This document shows positions 1 to 18,835 of a stretch of 64,000 nt of DNA, one piece after another. Both the position numbers and the translations under genes were made by a program. Origin of the DNA: the human T2T-CHM13v2.0 reference genome, Homo sapiens; the NCBI RefSeq assembly GCF_009914755.1, contig NC_060927.1. One strand, written 5' to 3'. Under the pieces are notes generated by a model. That model ran no database searches. It was not told the origin of the DNA and worked only from the letters and a program-made list of their open reading frames with translations. The stretch's first letter is position 1, and every line of letters begins with the position of its first letter.

Positions 1-904
<904 letters not shown>

Positions 905-1467
905 TAAAGATAGCCCCGCAAATACTTTGGAAACTGCTGGGGACCACCCAAGGGTATGAGATATTTATGACTGAATTCTTCCCAAACACCGAGTGGCTTT
1001 GTCTGGAAAGGTCAGCAGTTCTTAGTCTACAAAAGGAGGCCTTTTCTTCCAAAGTTCTGACATTCTGAGGGACAATTGCAGGAATAGACAGCTCCTTGGG
1101 TTTGGTGCTAATCTACCATTCTCCACTAGGCAGTGCAGGGGAGTCTTTGTGGGACTACCACTGGGGCTTAAGGGATGGGTGGAGGTGTGAGTGGATATAT
1201 AAAGTTTCCAGTGGATATAGAAAGTCTGCTGAGTTTTCCTCTGCTTTGGGGACCAGAGACAGGTGTCTGGGCTTGAGATTGGAACAGCAAGACAAGCAAG
1301 TTGCAGCTCTATGCATTGTGGTTCTATTGCATTGGTCAAGGCTAATGGTAGGTTAATTTTATGGAATGTGTGATAATCACTGAAGCCACCATACTCACAA
1401 AATCAGTGGAAACCCTAGAAGGATTGTGCGTGCTTAAACATTGCACATCAAAGATGGAAATATATTC

Positions 1468-1774
<307 letters not shown>

Positions 1775-2102
1775 GGAAATATGTTCTTTTAAACAACACA
1801 AGAGCTAACACTCTATTTTATAACAGAGGGTGGCCACAGTCACAACTTTGCTAATAGTTCAGTTCCTGAGTAGTCTATGGTCTTTCATTTTTTAATCTGT
1901 GCCATCATACTGCCTAACTGATAGCCTGAAGAGATCAACTTGACTACTGGCTGGGAGTCGGTTCTACAGCACCACAGACCATCCCCATACTCTGCAATTT
2001 GGAGAACATGGTATCGGTTCTAGAACTGAAAGTCTGGGGATTTCCCAAGGAGCCAAATCCCTGGAGAGTCCTGAGCCTCCTTTGGGCACTGTGATCCTCC
2101 TA

Positions 2103-2552
<450 letters not shown>

Positions 2553-3876
2553 TCAAGACCCCCTGCCACCCCAAGAAAGAATGAACTCCCTGGCTGCAGG
2601 GGGCTGTGCAGGTGGGTGTGCAGATCCCACACTCAAGGGAGAGGCCAGCTCCATGGCTAGAAGCCCTGGTGGGGAGTGAGGGGAGTGCACCCTAGAGTCT
2701 GGTGTGGCTTCAGAACATCTGGTTTCCCTTCTTGGCCCTGCCCTGAATCTGTGTTCTTTAAAATCTGATTTTCACCAAGGTGTGTGCTGATTGAGGATAC
2801 CAGCAACTTGATGGGAAAGGACCTCTCAAAACATGTCCCCAAGACTGGGTTTCCTAACAATCCCATGAGTCCTTACATTTTTGGAGCTAAATTCTGGTTT
2901 ATTTTAGGTTGTTGCTATTGGGATGGATGGGACCTCAGTGCAGTGTCTAGAGGGGGTTGTGGCAGTTCTCCAGTGCTCCCATAAGAGCAGAGCCAGAAAG
3001 CAGGTGGCATGGGTACTCCCTGTGATACCCGCTCCCCAGTGAGGGGCTCTCAGATCCCATGGAGCCACAGCCTCATGCTCTGCATCTAAACTCACAGCAC
3101 CCTGGAGAAGATTCCCTAATAGAGGCATTTGGGACCCTCCACCCCACTCATGGACCAAGTCCCCAGCTGTCCATGCACCAGGAACACATGTGCCACACAG
3201 ACTGGAGGTGAAGCTGGTGTGGACTGTGTGGTGTGGGCCAGATGCCAGGTTGGGGGATGCTGTTCCCCAGCAGGCACGCTGAACCCTGGAACAGGGTGGA
3301 AAACCCAGCTCTTAGGACACCAAACATCTGGGTGTAGAGTGAGGTGGGGAAGCCCTGGGAGTTTGCCCTTGGCTGGCTCTGTGGCCAATGGCCACCGCAG
3401 AGGCATTCCTGGCACCTAGTGTCTCATTGCGTCCCTCTGGAATCAAATGTCCTTGCTCCCAAAGAGACATTTAACTCTGAACATTATCTTGTGGATGGTT
3501 TCCCACCAGGAATAAGCTATGTGTGTCTCCATGGATTGGCGGTGTGGGCAAGGTTCAAAGCCATCAACCAACTGGTAGGCTGAGCTGTGTGATGGTGCCT
3601 GCTGGGTCAGTGAGAGACAAACAAACATGTCTTCTGAAGCCACACAGAACTGGTATGTTTTGTTAAAAAAAATATCCCACGCAAGTAAACACAAACACAC
3701 ACATGTGTATTTGTTTTCTTGCTATATATCACGGCTGATGTTTTTCTTGGTGCGCTTTCAAGTCTGCCTTATCTGCTCTCATTCTTTGGTAAAATGTGGT
3801 GACTTGAAAAATGCATAGGGATCTGCACTAGGAAAATGGTGCACAGGAGATCACTAAGCACGTGGTTATTTCCTCT

Positions 3877-4010
3877 ACAGCCTCTGTCTGATGCTGGGAA
3901 TGCAGCTTGCTCTATGCCTCTTCCCTCACCCTCCCGACCACAGCCCCTGTCTGATGCTGGGAATGCAGCTTGCTCTATGCCTCTTCCCTCACCCTCCCGA
4001 CCACAGCCCC
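3877..4010. repeat. 63-bp tandem duplication (2 copies plus a partial third)
   Basis: Units start at 3877, 3940 and 4003; one mismatch between the full copies. Confidence 0.95.
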
Positions 4011-4071
4011 ACTGGCCATCACAGACAGAGGGCTGGCAGCCTGTGTCTGCCAGGAGGCAGGGCATGCAGAG

Positions 4072-4109
4072 GGGCACACAGAGTGGGCACACAGAGTGGG
4101 CACACAGAG
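4072..4109. repeat. 13-bp tandem repeat (GGGCACACAGAGT) x3
   Basis: Directly visible. Confidence 0.9.
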
Positions 4110-4349
4110 ATGCAGCCCTGCAGGACAGCAGAAGCACAGGGGCCCTGGTGCCAGTGGCCTGGGGTGTAGCTGAGACCCCTGTGCCCAGCAAGTCTTGCTT
4201 CCTCTCCTTTGTCCGGTGCTCTCCCAGCCCTCATGGGAGCTCACAGGGCTTGAGGGTGAGCCCTGGAGGTGGGTTCTCACAGCTGCCTAGCCTCAGGGTG
4301 CCTCCATGCCCAGCTGTGCCTCTCCTGGAGGTTCTGGGCCATGCTCCTA

Positions 4350-4865
<516 letters not shown>

Positions 4866-5779
4866 TCACATACATGCTCTGTAATAACCCTACTAACCCT
4901 GCGATGTTGCGATGCGCCACCTCTATTCTACAGATGGGAAAACTGAATTCCAAAGCCACTCTGCTGGTATGGCAGAGCAGGGACACAAAGCCTGGGCTTT
5001 TGGTCTCCACATTCTTTCCTTCAATTCCAATTCTTGGACCTGTCTCCTTCGCCAAAGAAGCCTTTTTTGGGGAAGAAGAGGCAGTCCTGGGTTAAGTAGG
5101 AGCAAATAGACAATCGTGGGGCGTTTCCCCAAGGCCAGACTGTGCAGCATTTCAACATCTTCAAAGAAGATGGGGACTGGGTGGCACCAGGAGCCTCAGC
5201 TCTCTGTTCCCTCTGCCCCAGCCCCTGAGGGCACTTCCACTCTGTGGATTTTATCCTTCTAAAGCTCCATGGGCATCCACTCCCTTCTTACTTCACCGCT
5301 GGCCTGTGATCACAGGCCAAAAATGGCCTGCTGCCTGACCTCCCCTGCAGTCACCATTAGCACCACCCGGGTGCTCAGGCCAGCCTGGGGTTCGGAGAGG
5401 CTGGGGGCAGAGGCCTGACTCCCACAGCCTCCTCCCGGGCTTGGCAGCACCAGGGGAGGGAGCTGAGCAAAGAGGCCAGGGGAAGGAAGACACGCCAGAC
5501 TGATTTCTGTGTTGCCCCCACTCACCCCTCAAGGATGCTGGGCTATTGGCCCCCAATCCTGGAGAGTCGGGGGGCATCTCTCAGGGACCTCTCCTTGAGG
5601 GCAGGACCTCCAGAGTGCCAGGTCCAGCTGGTCTGCCTGCCCAGTTCCTAATAGGCTGCCTTGCGGTCTCTGTTCTTTCCAAAGCTTGCCCCGTCTGCCC
5701 CGGCGATGGCTTCCCATCTCAGGTGACGGCAACTCCATCCCTCCAGCTGTGCAGGCCACAATTCTTGGCGTCCTCCCTG

Positions 5780-6570
5780 CCTCCTCTCTGTCTCTGACAC
5801 CCTGTGTCTAACCCATCAGGATTTCCTGTTGGCTCTGCCTTCAAAATACATCTGAAGTCCAAGTGTTTCTCACCACTTCTACTGCCACCGTCCTGGCCCG
5901 GCCACCATCGTCTCTCACTGGATCATGGCCTGAGCCTCCTAACTCTTCTCCCTGCTTCTATTCATCCCTCTCTACCCCGGCCTCCATGACCGAGTGACTC
6001 CCTAAAGAAAATCAGTCAGTTCACGGCACTCTTCTGTTCAGAGCCTTCCAATTCCGCCCCCCTACCCCCATTTCATTCTAAATCAAAGGCCATATTTTTT
6101 CAAAGGCAGCAATCTGGCTGCATCCCCTGCAATCTGGCCTCATCTCCTGCGCTTCCTTCTGCTCAGTGGCTCTAGCCTCCCTGCATTTCCCCCAGTATGC
6201 CAGGCATGCTCCCGACACACGGTCCTTGCACTGCTCTTCCAATCTCTGCTTGGAACGTCTGCCAGACATTGGCCTGGCTAACCCCAACTTCAAACCCGCT
6301 CAAATGTCACCAAAGTGCGCCTACTCTGATCATCCTATTTAAAAGTGGTAACCTGCACCTTCCCCTCCACCCCACCCCTTCCCTTCCCAAGTTCTCTTTG
6401 CTCCATGGTAGATACCACTTTTTCACATAATGTAAAAGTGGCTTATTGATTATGCTGATTGTTTGTAGCCACCTTCCTCCATGTGGGGAAGAGTTTTTAT
6501 TTTGTTCCCTAAGATCCCCAGCACCATAACAGTACTTGCACACAGTAGAGACCCAACTGCATTTATTGAA
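5780..6570 (+). mobile_element. L2 fragment (approximate limits)
   Basis: L2 3'-region-like text (TCTGCCTTCAAAATACATC..., GGCCTGAGCCTCCTAACT..., CATTTATTGAA end). Confidence 0.6.
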
Positions 6571-8412
6571 AAATAATGCAGAATTCATCTTGGAAACATC
6601 CTTCCCTAGACTCTGAGGCCTGAGACAAACTTTCCCATGAAGCATGCGGATGGGGTAGGGGCACAGCAGCGTGGCCAGTGCCAAGAAAGCTGGATTCCAC
6701 ACCCACTTCCTTCTGCTCAGCCTTGGGCAAGGCCCCTCCCTGCTGTGAGCCTTGGTTGCCTTCTCCACAGGCTCCTTCTCTCTTGGGCCTGAGCAGGGAA
6801 GCACTGCCGATTCCCTTTCCCTTGCCTTGGCTCTGAGCTCCCCAAGGTGGCCAGCGGCTGGTGGGTGGGTTTCCCCAGAAGTCTGCGCAGAGTCCCTCTG
6901 GCTTGCCTTGTGGGAGACCCTCAGCAGGCCCAACTGCCCAAGATGCTGCAGGAACAGCGGGTCAGGGATCCTCAGGGCTGAGCTGCCAGGATCCCAGGCC
7001 CTCCCACAGTCCCTCAATGGGGAGGCCTCAGGGGCCTCTCCTTCATCTCAGGGAGGCTCTGAGGGCTGGGCCAGGCAGTCCAGTGTGTCTAGAGCTCTCC
7101 TTGCCCCCCTTCCACCCCAGCACCCCCTCACCCCAGCATTAGCATCCTCTTGGCCACCTGGGGCGATAGGAAGAGGCCTGGACTGCAGGTCCAAGGACCT
7201 GGATCTGCGTCTCTGTGCATCCCCTCTAGCCCAAGGCGCTCTGCCACCATGGCCACCCACAGTTTGACCTCCCACCCAGCCTTGGTAGCCTCAACCTGGA
7301 CTCTGGCCAGGCTTACTGGGGGCTGAGCCTCTGAGTGGGGTATGGAGACTGCACAGGCCTGAGCCTGTTCTGTAACCACAGGAAGGATAGCTCCTGCTGG
7401 TATGCAGAACCCGATGTCAAGGCTGGAAGCCATCAGCAAACCCGGCGCCTTCTGGAAAGCCCTTTTCAGTCTGCAGATCCTGACCCCTACTCTGTTTTGT
7501 TCGATCCCCTAGAGAGGTCCCTCCACCTGCACCCTTTGCCTTCGCTTCCTTTGTCCTCAGTGAGTGCAAACCCAGGCCTGCCCTGCACCGACCCGTTTCT
7601 CTCTGCTTGGCTACTCTCCCTCTTGACTGACGTCAGGCCCCCTGTCAGACCCCGCATTCATGCTGCCTGGCACCCAAATGTGTCTTGGGGCCTGGGTAGC
7701 TGTGGGGCAGGGGCTTCACACTCCATCTGCCAACCGGGTGTTCAGAAGCCATGCTGACCTCCTGCCCCAGGCCCTCCTTGGACATAGCCTGGGCAGGCAG
7801 CCCTCACAGCTACCTGATCATCTAGGGCAGCAACCCAGAGCCCCTGAGCCAGTGTTCATGGCTTCCTCCTCCTCTGGGCTGACTCCACCCCTGTCTCATC
7901 CTCCCCAGTCAGTACCTTCTCCCTGAGCTGGGGGCTCTCCCCTGCCTGCCCAGCATCCCTTCAGTAGCCTTCTCCCCCTGGCATGTGTGCATGGAGGCTC
8001 TGAACTGTCCTCCTCGTGTGTGCATGGAGGCTCTGAAATGACCATCTGTCTAGTGGGCCTGATGGACACTTACAGTCTGCTGTGGTGTGTGCTAGAGCAC
8101 AAGCTTGTCTGCTCACTTCCCTTTCTGGACCCTGAGCCCCAAGCCCCTGCCCTGGCTCACGCCCCTACCTTGACTACTCTTGAACGATCTTCCCTAGAAG
8201 CAGGGGCCTAGGTCTCCGCCTGCTGTGGCTCCAAACTGGGGGCTCTAGAGGCAGGACCCTGTCTCCTATTTCTTCTCTTCCTCTGAGCCTGGGAACCTGA
8301 GGACAAGGCCTGGGTCACTCAGACTTACGTCCTCCTTCCTCTCTGCCTGCCCCACAGCACTGCTGCGCGCCTCCCCTTCAGCCTACTGGCTCCCACTGGG
8401 CCCTCCGCCTCA

Positions 8413-9031
<619 letters not shown>

Positions 9032-9949
9032 AGGCACCGTTTCTGACAACACCTCCCTTCCGGGGAGAGCAGAAACAGGAACTAGATGAGAATGCCTTCC
9101 AAGTGGGGCCTGTGCCACGGGCAGGCCATGAGATGGCCTTAAGTGGTAGATGGATAATAAGGTAGAGTGAATGGTGTGACCCCCTCTCCCTTAGCAATGA
9201 AGATCAAGTCTGAGTTTTGGGCTAGGCCTTTCTAAAACTTGCCATTTTAACAAGGAGAGAGGGTATGCAGGCTCAGCTCACAGCTTTCTGCTGGAAACAA
9301 CATAAAATATTTTTGTTTTCACTCCATTTTGCTTTAGCTTTGTTTACTTTATATGGTTACTTGCTTTTTGTGGGAAAAATATTGGTTTCCAATTAATAAT
9401 AATGATTAAGTTACACTTTACACAACATTTATTTAAATAAGCAAAAACCAGTGAGAGTTGATGTAAAGCTGAATGTTAAAGAAACTATATTAAAAGTCAT
9501 TTGTAGATGTGGTGTTTAGGAACAACAGGTGTAGATAAAGTCAAATGTCCTGCAATTCTCAGGCTCTAGGAGTCAAAGTTTTCCAAATCCTAGGAGTTGT
9601 AAGTCTTTCTCCACCTCCTCATTTCTGCCTCAACTCAAATTCCTGAGCTAACAGAGAAACTCCAGTGGCTCCCAGATGGCTTCTACCTCCAGCCTACTGA
9701 TTTGTTCCTGTTTCTCTCTCTGTCCAGACTGTGCTATGAGGCTCCTGTCTAGGCAACTGAACACGTCACTAGGGCTCTGGGGGAGCTGCCTCCACCTGCC
9801 ACTCCTGGGCCTTCCTGTCCGACTTCAGGGCCTCTGTGAGCGACAGTGACCCAAGAGACCAGCGCTGTTGGCACTACTGAGGCATACATATGGCCCACTG
9901 AGGCACTGTGGATGGCACAACAGGATAATTCAGGTCCCAAAATGGATTT

Positions 9950-12900
9950 TGGGAGTTGTTCAAGATAAAAAAAAAGTAGGTGTATTGTATTTTTTTCTGA
10001 ATATAAAAATGGGTGCATCTTATAAAAATTAAATAATATGGAAATTATAAAAAAGAAAGTAAAAGGCATCTCTAATTTCATGACACCAAAGTAACCACTG
10101 CTAACATTTAGGTGAGTATTATTTTTGACAGTGTGTATGTGTGTGCACATACACACAATCACCACAATTTTATGAGACACACTAAATATTTGCCTTGAAA
10201 TTACTTTCTCCATTAAACAATATGTTGTGAACAGTTATCCACTCAATAATATGAATACATGCAATAATATCTATCACTATTTTAAAAGGCTGCATGATAT
10301 TTCATTATTTGCATACGCTGCTATTTATTTAGCCAATAACCTTATTAATAATGCACATTTCGGTTCTTTACAGTTTATCCCTAGTGGAAATAAAGTTGCA
10401 GTGGACAGGGGATTGTTGAGGATAAATTGGGTTGCCAGGGCAAAGGTGTGCTTTTGGTACAGACTGGGAATGGACCCCTCCGAAGGGAACACCAATTGAC
10501 ACTCCATCTCCGGGGCAGGAAGGGGGCTCTTCTCTACCACCCCACCGACATTGCTGTCATTTCTCCTTTTTCACTTTTCCCAGCCTAATGAAAGAAACTT
10601 GTATTTTGTTACATTTTCATTTATTTTATTAGGAGTGATGCTGACATCTTTTCTTTGGATATTTGCCATGTTCCTTTTGGGAATTACCTGTTCATATCCT
10701 TTGCCTATTTTTGTACTTGAGTGTCTGGTTTATTTGGGGACATTAACTCTTTGGTAACACCAACCTGGTTTGTGACACCAACCTGCCTTTAAATCTCACT
10801 TGCTTTTGTTTACCATACCGAAGTTCCATGTACTTCATTTTCAATTATTATATCATTTTATATGATTATATCATTTATTATAATTTTCATTTAGTAAAAT
10901 TTTTGATGTTACATTAAGAAAGCGCTTATCTATTCTGAGGCTAGGAAAAAATGAGCTTCTTAAAACAATTTTTGTGGTTTCATTGTTTTACATTACAATT
11001 TTAAAAATTAAATATAGTTTGGTAAGGAGTAAATATCCATTTTAATACTTTTTTTCAGAATGTAGCTCATCAAATGCCCCAACACTTTATTAAATAATCC
11101 ACTTAAAATCCACTGATTAAAAGTCAACTTTATCATATAGTACATTTCTTTATTTACTTAAATCTACTTCAGATCTGTTTATGTAGTTCTACTGTTCTCT
11201 GTCTATTCCTGAATTAGTATCACATGAATTTCCCTGGACATTTAAATAATTTTCAAGATAAACTTTACCAATGTTTCGTCATATTTCCTCAGAAATGTTG
11301 AAAGCTTGTTATCGCATTGAATCTATTAATTACTTTAGGAACTAATATGAAGTCTTCCTACCCAAGATGAAGGTATGTTTATCTATTTGTTCTGTTTTAT
11401 ACTGCTTGGCAAAGTTTTACAGTTTTCTTCATGAATCTCTTATGCATTCATTATTATATTTATTCCCAGTTATTTTATGCTTGCAGTGCTTGGCATGTAA
11501 GAAATATTTGAGAGATGTTACTTGTGACTAAACGGTTTCTCTTAGGATAATACAATAATAGCAACAATTCTTTGCATATTTATTTCATAACTGGCCATAT
11601 AATGTTTTAAAAATAGGTTTAAATTCTTTTCTAGGCAATCATATTATCTATAAATAATGACATATTTCTATCATTTTTAACTCTTGCTTTTATACTTGAC
11701 TGGATTAACTTCAATTATTTTATTTCCCAACTTTTATATCATGTGTTCAATTTTCTTAATTAATTACACTGGCTAGTAATTCAAGACTATTATTAAATAA
11801 TGAGCAATAGCTAAAAAGGCAAATCATCCTTTTCTTATTCTTCACTTTAATTAAAACGTTTCAAGTGGTTTTACCACCAATGATGATATAAGTTAATTTG
11901 AGAGTCAGTTTTTTACTAAATTAAGAAAATATATTTTCTTTCTTTTTTTTTTTTGTCCTTTGGATTCAGTAGTAGAAAACGTATTTTATTTCTATTCTTA
12001 CCAGAGTTCTGAAAATCAGGCATTCACTGAAATAATTATATGGTTTTTTATCTTTGTCCTATTAATACAAATAGTTTTCCTAATATGGTACTATTTTCAC
12101 ATTTTAGGATATGACACATTTGTCATATGATGTACTCAATCTTTTAAATATATTTCTAGATCCTATCTGCATGTATTTTGTTTAAGATTTTTGCATCAGT
12201 ATTCAGAAGTATGGAGTATGAAGCATAAAAACTGGCCTAGGTTTTCCTTTTGGTATACTTGAGGTTTTAAAAATCAGCATTATTTAGTTTTTAAAAAAAT
12301 AATTTCTAGGCCAGGCGCGGTGGCTCACATCTGTAATCCCAGCACTTTGGGAGGCCGAGGCAGGCGGATCACCTGAGGTCGGGAGTTCGAGAGCAGCCTG
12401 ACAAACATGGAGAAACCCCATCTCTACTAAAAATACAAAATTAACCAGGCATGGTGGCGCATGCCTGTAATCCCAGCTACTCAAGAGGCTGAGGCAGGAG
12501 AATCCTTGAACCCGGGAGGCGGAGGTTGCGGTGAGCTGAGATCATGCCACTGCAGTCCAGCCTGGGCAACAACAAGAGCAAAACTCCGTCTCAAAAACGA
12601 ACAAACATACACACAAACACACACCAAAAACAATTTCTAGACTTTCTATCTTTTTTCATGCACTAGAGTACTTTAAATAGCATTGGAATTATTTTCTTCC
12701 TTGAGAATGTGAAAGATCTGTTTTTGGGGATGTGAGAAATTAGATTAGCTAGTGGTTATCAATTTGGTTGCCTTAAATTTTCAAGGAATCAGCTTTGGAA
12801 TATTATATCAATTTTACTATTTATTTTCTAATTCATTAATATACATTTTTATTACTGCAGATCATATGGGGCAAAGAAAAAAAGGTTATTTTATTAATTA

Positions 12901-13300
12901 CTTGCCTAGGTTTCTTTAAGATTATTTTGTTATATTTTTAATTTCTTGAATTAAATAATTTATGTTCTTTCTATTTAATAATAAAAGTATTTAAGTAATG
13001 AATTTTCCTTTTATTACAGCTTTGGCTGTATTCCACATGCAGTATTCTCAATACTGTTATTTTCCAGTTTTTTTCTACCATTCACAGCTTTTTCTCTACC
13101 TCTACACTTTTCTTATTTTTCCAGATCTCACGTGGACAGAATTAATGGAATCACAATCTTTGATTTATAGCACACTATCATCACCATTGGTGCATGAGTG
13201 GCCTTCTTTTGTTAATTAGTTAATTAATCAATTGAACCCCCCTAAACTACCACCAAACTATTTTCTGTTTGATCCAAGGTTTACTTAAGAATGACTTTTA
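9950..13300 (-). mobile_element. Ancient L1M-type fragments, AT-rich (approximate; interrupted by an Alu)
   Basis: T-rich degenerate L1 3'/ORF2-like text, e.g. TTTGTTTAAGATTTTTGCATC and GCATTGAATCTA. Confidence 0.55.
12309..12631 (+). mobile_element. AluSp-like, with an AC-rich degenerate tail
   Basis: GGTCGGGAGTTCGAG and CATGGAGAAACCCC diagnostics; TSD AATTTCTAG. Confidence 0.92.
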
Positions 13301-13312
13301 CATTTTAGGTGG

Positions 13313-13619
<307 letters not shown>

Positions 13620-14004
13620 AGGTGTTTGTTTTTATCTATTTTTTCCATTTCTAGCACTTTCCATATCTGTAAAATAGGATTAATAATAATACCTATCTCA
13701 TAGGGTTATTGTGAGAATTAAATGAATTAATGCTTATAAAATGCTTAAAACAGTATCTGGAATATAGCTAGTGCTATTTAAGAGTTAGCTATTGTCTTTA
13801 TTATTATTATGTTAGGTCAAATTTATTTTATATATATATATGTATTTAGATCTCTCATTGTCTTGTTCTTTCCACTTGAATGTCAAGAACTAATAGAAAT
13901 ATGGCAAAGTTTCCCAGTACTAGTGCACTGTTGTCACTTTTTCCTGTTTGTTTTTTTCTCCAGTGGTTTTGGTTTTATATATTGAAGTGCTATGCAATCC
14001 CAAG

Positions 14005-14723
<719 letters not shown>

Positions 14724-14925
14724 AATCGTTATATTTTTATTATAGGTTGGACCCTCTTTCTCTCATCTCAAGCTTTTAACATTGAATTCAACAAACAAAA
14801 AGCACCCTGAATTTGTTGTCATAATTTGCATTTGCCTGATCTACTTTATTAGTTCACTATATATATAATATATACACATGTAATATATAATATACACACA
14901 TATATTTTATATATATATATATATT

Positions 14926-14954
<29 letters not shown>

Positions 14955-14956
<2 letters not shown>

Positions 14957-15241
14957 TTTAGACAAGGTCTTGCTCGGTCACCCAGGCTGGAAGGCATTGG
15001 TGTGAACAGGGCTCACTGCAGCCTTGACCTCTCAGGCTCAAGCGATCCTCTCCCCTCAGCCTCCTGAGTAGCTGGGACCACAGGCATATGCCACCATGCC
15101 CAGCTAATTTTTAAAAATCTTTTTGTAGAGGTGGGGTCTTACTATGTTGCTTAGGCTGGTCTTGAACTCCTGGGCTCAAGCCACCCTCCTGCCTTAGCCT
15201 CCCAAAGTGCTGAAATTACAGGCGCGAGCCACCATGCCTGG
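14955..15241 (-). mobile_element. AluJ with a (TA)n/(TG)n tail-side microsatellite
   Basis: AluJ diagnostics; microsatellite about 14858-14955. Confidence 0.88.
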
Positions 15242-16121
15242 TGGCTTTTAATATTTCTGAGTCGCATTGTTTTAGGTTTGTCATTTGAAAGCACATGGCT
15301 GAAGGTTTTTTTTTTTGATCCATCCTGAGTCCTTTCCTTTTAAAAGATGAATTTTATCCAGTTACATTTATTATTAAAACATGTGTTTGATCTTGCCTCT
15401 ATTATATTATTTTGTTTTCTGATTTTGTTTTCTTGTTGCTTCTTTTTCCTTCTACCTTTTGCTGTGAGATCTCTGTTTTTTCTTTTTTTAAAAAAAATTT
15501 TCCCTCAGCAATTTGGAAAGGATATAGTTTGCTTTCTGTTAAACAAGTTTACAACTTTAAATAACACACTCAGATTTCTCTTTTTCTCAATATATCATTG
15601 ACGTGGTTTTTTAACAACAGAGCTTGGCTGTCTACCCTGATTAGATTCACCAGATGCTTGCCAAAACTCCTCCTCACTTATGCCAAGCTGAGCTTTCCCT
15701 CCACAGCCCAGACGAAATGGCTCTGGCTGCCCTTGTTTGTGGCTGTTTAAAAACAAAACTAGTTAACATATTGTCAAACCATCTTTCTCTGAAGCCTACA
15801 GAGATTTGGCTCTAGCTGCCAATGGTAAAACAGCAGGCAGGCTGCAAGTCATGGCTCCAGGCCCATTCTGGAACAGAGGCGAGGCAGCATCGGGTGGGGT
15901 GGGAGGCCCAGAGGTTTAAAAATGACAGCCACAGTGCCTCCCCATGGTCTAACCCCACAGGAGGAGGCAGCATGGAATGGAGGCACATAGCCTTGGATCA
16001 AAGTGCCCTTTCTCTCACTCTGCAGTCTAAAGCATTCTCTGTTAGTTGCTCATCTATGGGGTTCTCACCTCCCCAGCAATACAGGCTCTTACTTTCCCTG
16101 GTCCAGCAAAGTTTCCATGTC

Positions 16122-16416
16122 TTTTTTTTTTTTTCAGACAGAGTCTCACTGTATCCCCCAGGCTGGAGTATAGTGGTGTGACCTCGGCTCACTGCAACCT
16201 CTGCCTCCCGAGTTCAAGTAATTCTCATGCCTCAACCTCCCAAGTAGCTTGGATTACAGGTGAGTGCCACCACACTCAGCAAATTGTTGTATTTTTAGTA
16301 GAGATGGGCTTTTGCCATGTTGGCCAGGCTGGTCTCGAACTCCTGACCTCAGGTGATCCGCCTGCCTCGGCCTCCCAAAGTGCTGGGATTACAGGTGTGA
16401 GCCACTGTGCCCGGCC
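16122..16416 (-). mobile_element. AluS (Sx-like)
   Basis: Full Alu reverse complement. Confidence 0.92.
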
Positions 16417-17236
16417 ATCTTCTGCCTTCTTAATCACCCCTCTCCCTGCTTCACCAGCACCTTCCAGAACCCCCTCCAGGGCTGTTCCATCTCTTCCTAG
16501 AAGTGCTTGGAGAGATTAGAGCAGCATGCCTGGGAGCCAGATGGGGCAACCCTGGAGGTCCTCACTGCTCCTCCTGGCTTCAACACCTCCCTATTCTCCA
16601 CAGTCCAGCTCTATCTGCTTCCTCTAGGGAGACTACCCTGATTGCTCCACCCACTCTGGCCTCCCATCACCCTGATTGGGTGTTCCTGAGGCCAGGGCTG
16701 GGGCCTCCTCCTGTAGCTCCCACATGGCTGAATACATAGAGCTAGATACAAGGAGGGTTTTTAGAAGACTGACTGAACAAATGAGAAGTCAAGGCAAAGG
16801 ACTCTGGAATCTGACTGCTTGGGTTCAAATGCCAGATCTGTGGTTCCTGAGTGGTGGGACCTTGAGCAAGTTACTTAATGCTTCTACAAAGAGTTGTCAT
16901 GGGGATTACGCATCATCATGTGTGAACTATAGGGCGCAGCCTCCAGCCTGAAGACATAGACTCAGTGGAGCCAGCACTGTACTGTGAGCCAGCGTGGTTA
17001 ACTGCACTGTGACAGCTTGACAGAACACTGATGCTGTGTGCAGGTGGGTGTGTCACCAGAGCTCTGGTGTAGGAGGCTGGTGATCTGGGGCAAATCATTT
17101 CCCTTTTGTGGAACAAAGACAAAGGCCTGGACACATGCCCTCTGTGAGCCCTTCCTGCTCTGGCCTCCATACGTGCCGTGGGGTTGAGAGTTTGTGAGCT
17201 GTTCCCTGCTCTGGGGGTCTGGAGAGCACATTTTCA

Positions 17237-17524
<288 letters not shown>

Positions 17525-17961
17525 TCAGGCCCACCTCAGGGCCTGTGAATGCCCACATCTAATGGCAGAAGGTTGGATGGTTGAAGAGATGACTGAGAGA
17601 AAGAGCTACGATGATGGGGGTGGCGAACAGGGCAATATGGTGAGCAGGGCCGTGTGAGCGAGGGCCGTGGGCACCACCCGTGGGGGCCGCACGCTCTGCG
17701 GGCACTCTTTGAGGAGGATGGATGGACTGAGCACCCAGCGAGTGGGTGAACAGCCTGGCAGGTCTGGGCAGGGACAAGGCTGGGCTGGGATAGGTTCCAG
17801 CTTGTCCGCTGCTCATCTGGGAAACTGTCCCCCTGGGAAAATGGTAGGAACTCCTGGGCATTCCCTGGGTCTTCTCCATGTTTGTAGTTTCTGAGCCTTG
17901 GGAAGGGCAGATCCCTCAATGAGAGCCCCCATGGATGTGTCACATGGAGGGCAAACTCTCA

Positions 17962-18260
<299 letters not shown>

Positions 18261-18688
18261 AAGCTTATTTTATCCCCAGCTCATTTTATCCCCAGCTATC
18301 CTCCAAATATACCACCAATCCATAAAAGCTATAGATGCCAATCAACATGGCCACATGTCATCCCTGCCTCAAGGATTTACAGAGGGCCTACTATGTGTCA
18401 GGCACCGTGCCAGGGCCTGGTGGTACAGGAGCGAATTAGACCCAGACCCTACTGCTGTTGGGCATACAGTGGTGCCAACACACCACAAATACAGTGTCTC
18501 CAGTCCTTGGTGCAGCTGTCCAGCCCAGCACTCCATGGGCAGACACGTCAGGCAGATGGAGGAACCCCCAGGGTCACAGAGGAATGGAGGAGGTGGGCAG
18601 ATATCTAAGGCAGGGTGTTGGTGCCACGTGGCCCTGGGCTCCAAGGAGCTGCTGGTCCTCCTGTCCCCTCTGGGTGGAACTGAGGCTA

Positions 18689-18835
<147 letters not shown>

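Noticed and set aside
6307-7267. Overlapping 236-aa and 171-aa ORFs in intron 21
   Set aside because: Chance ORFs in GC-rich or L2-derived sequence with no homology I can recognise.
7984-8037. 21-bp direct repeat containing TGCATG as an RBFOX element
   Set aside because: The motif is on the plus strand, so the SCN5A pre-mRNA reads CAUGCA at these sites.
16046-16519. Alu-derived ORFs (also near 254, 602, 18135, 42335, 51417, 60529)
   Set aside because: Typical antisense Alu translations ([19 protein letters not shown]), not genes.
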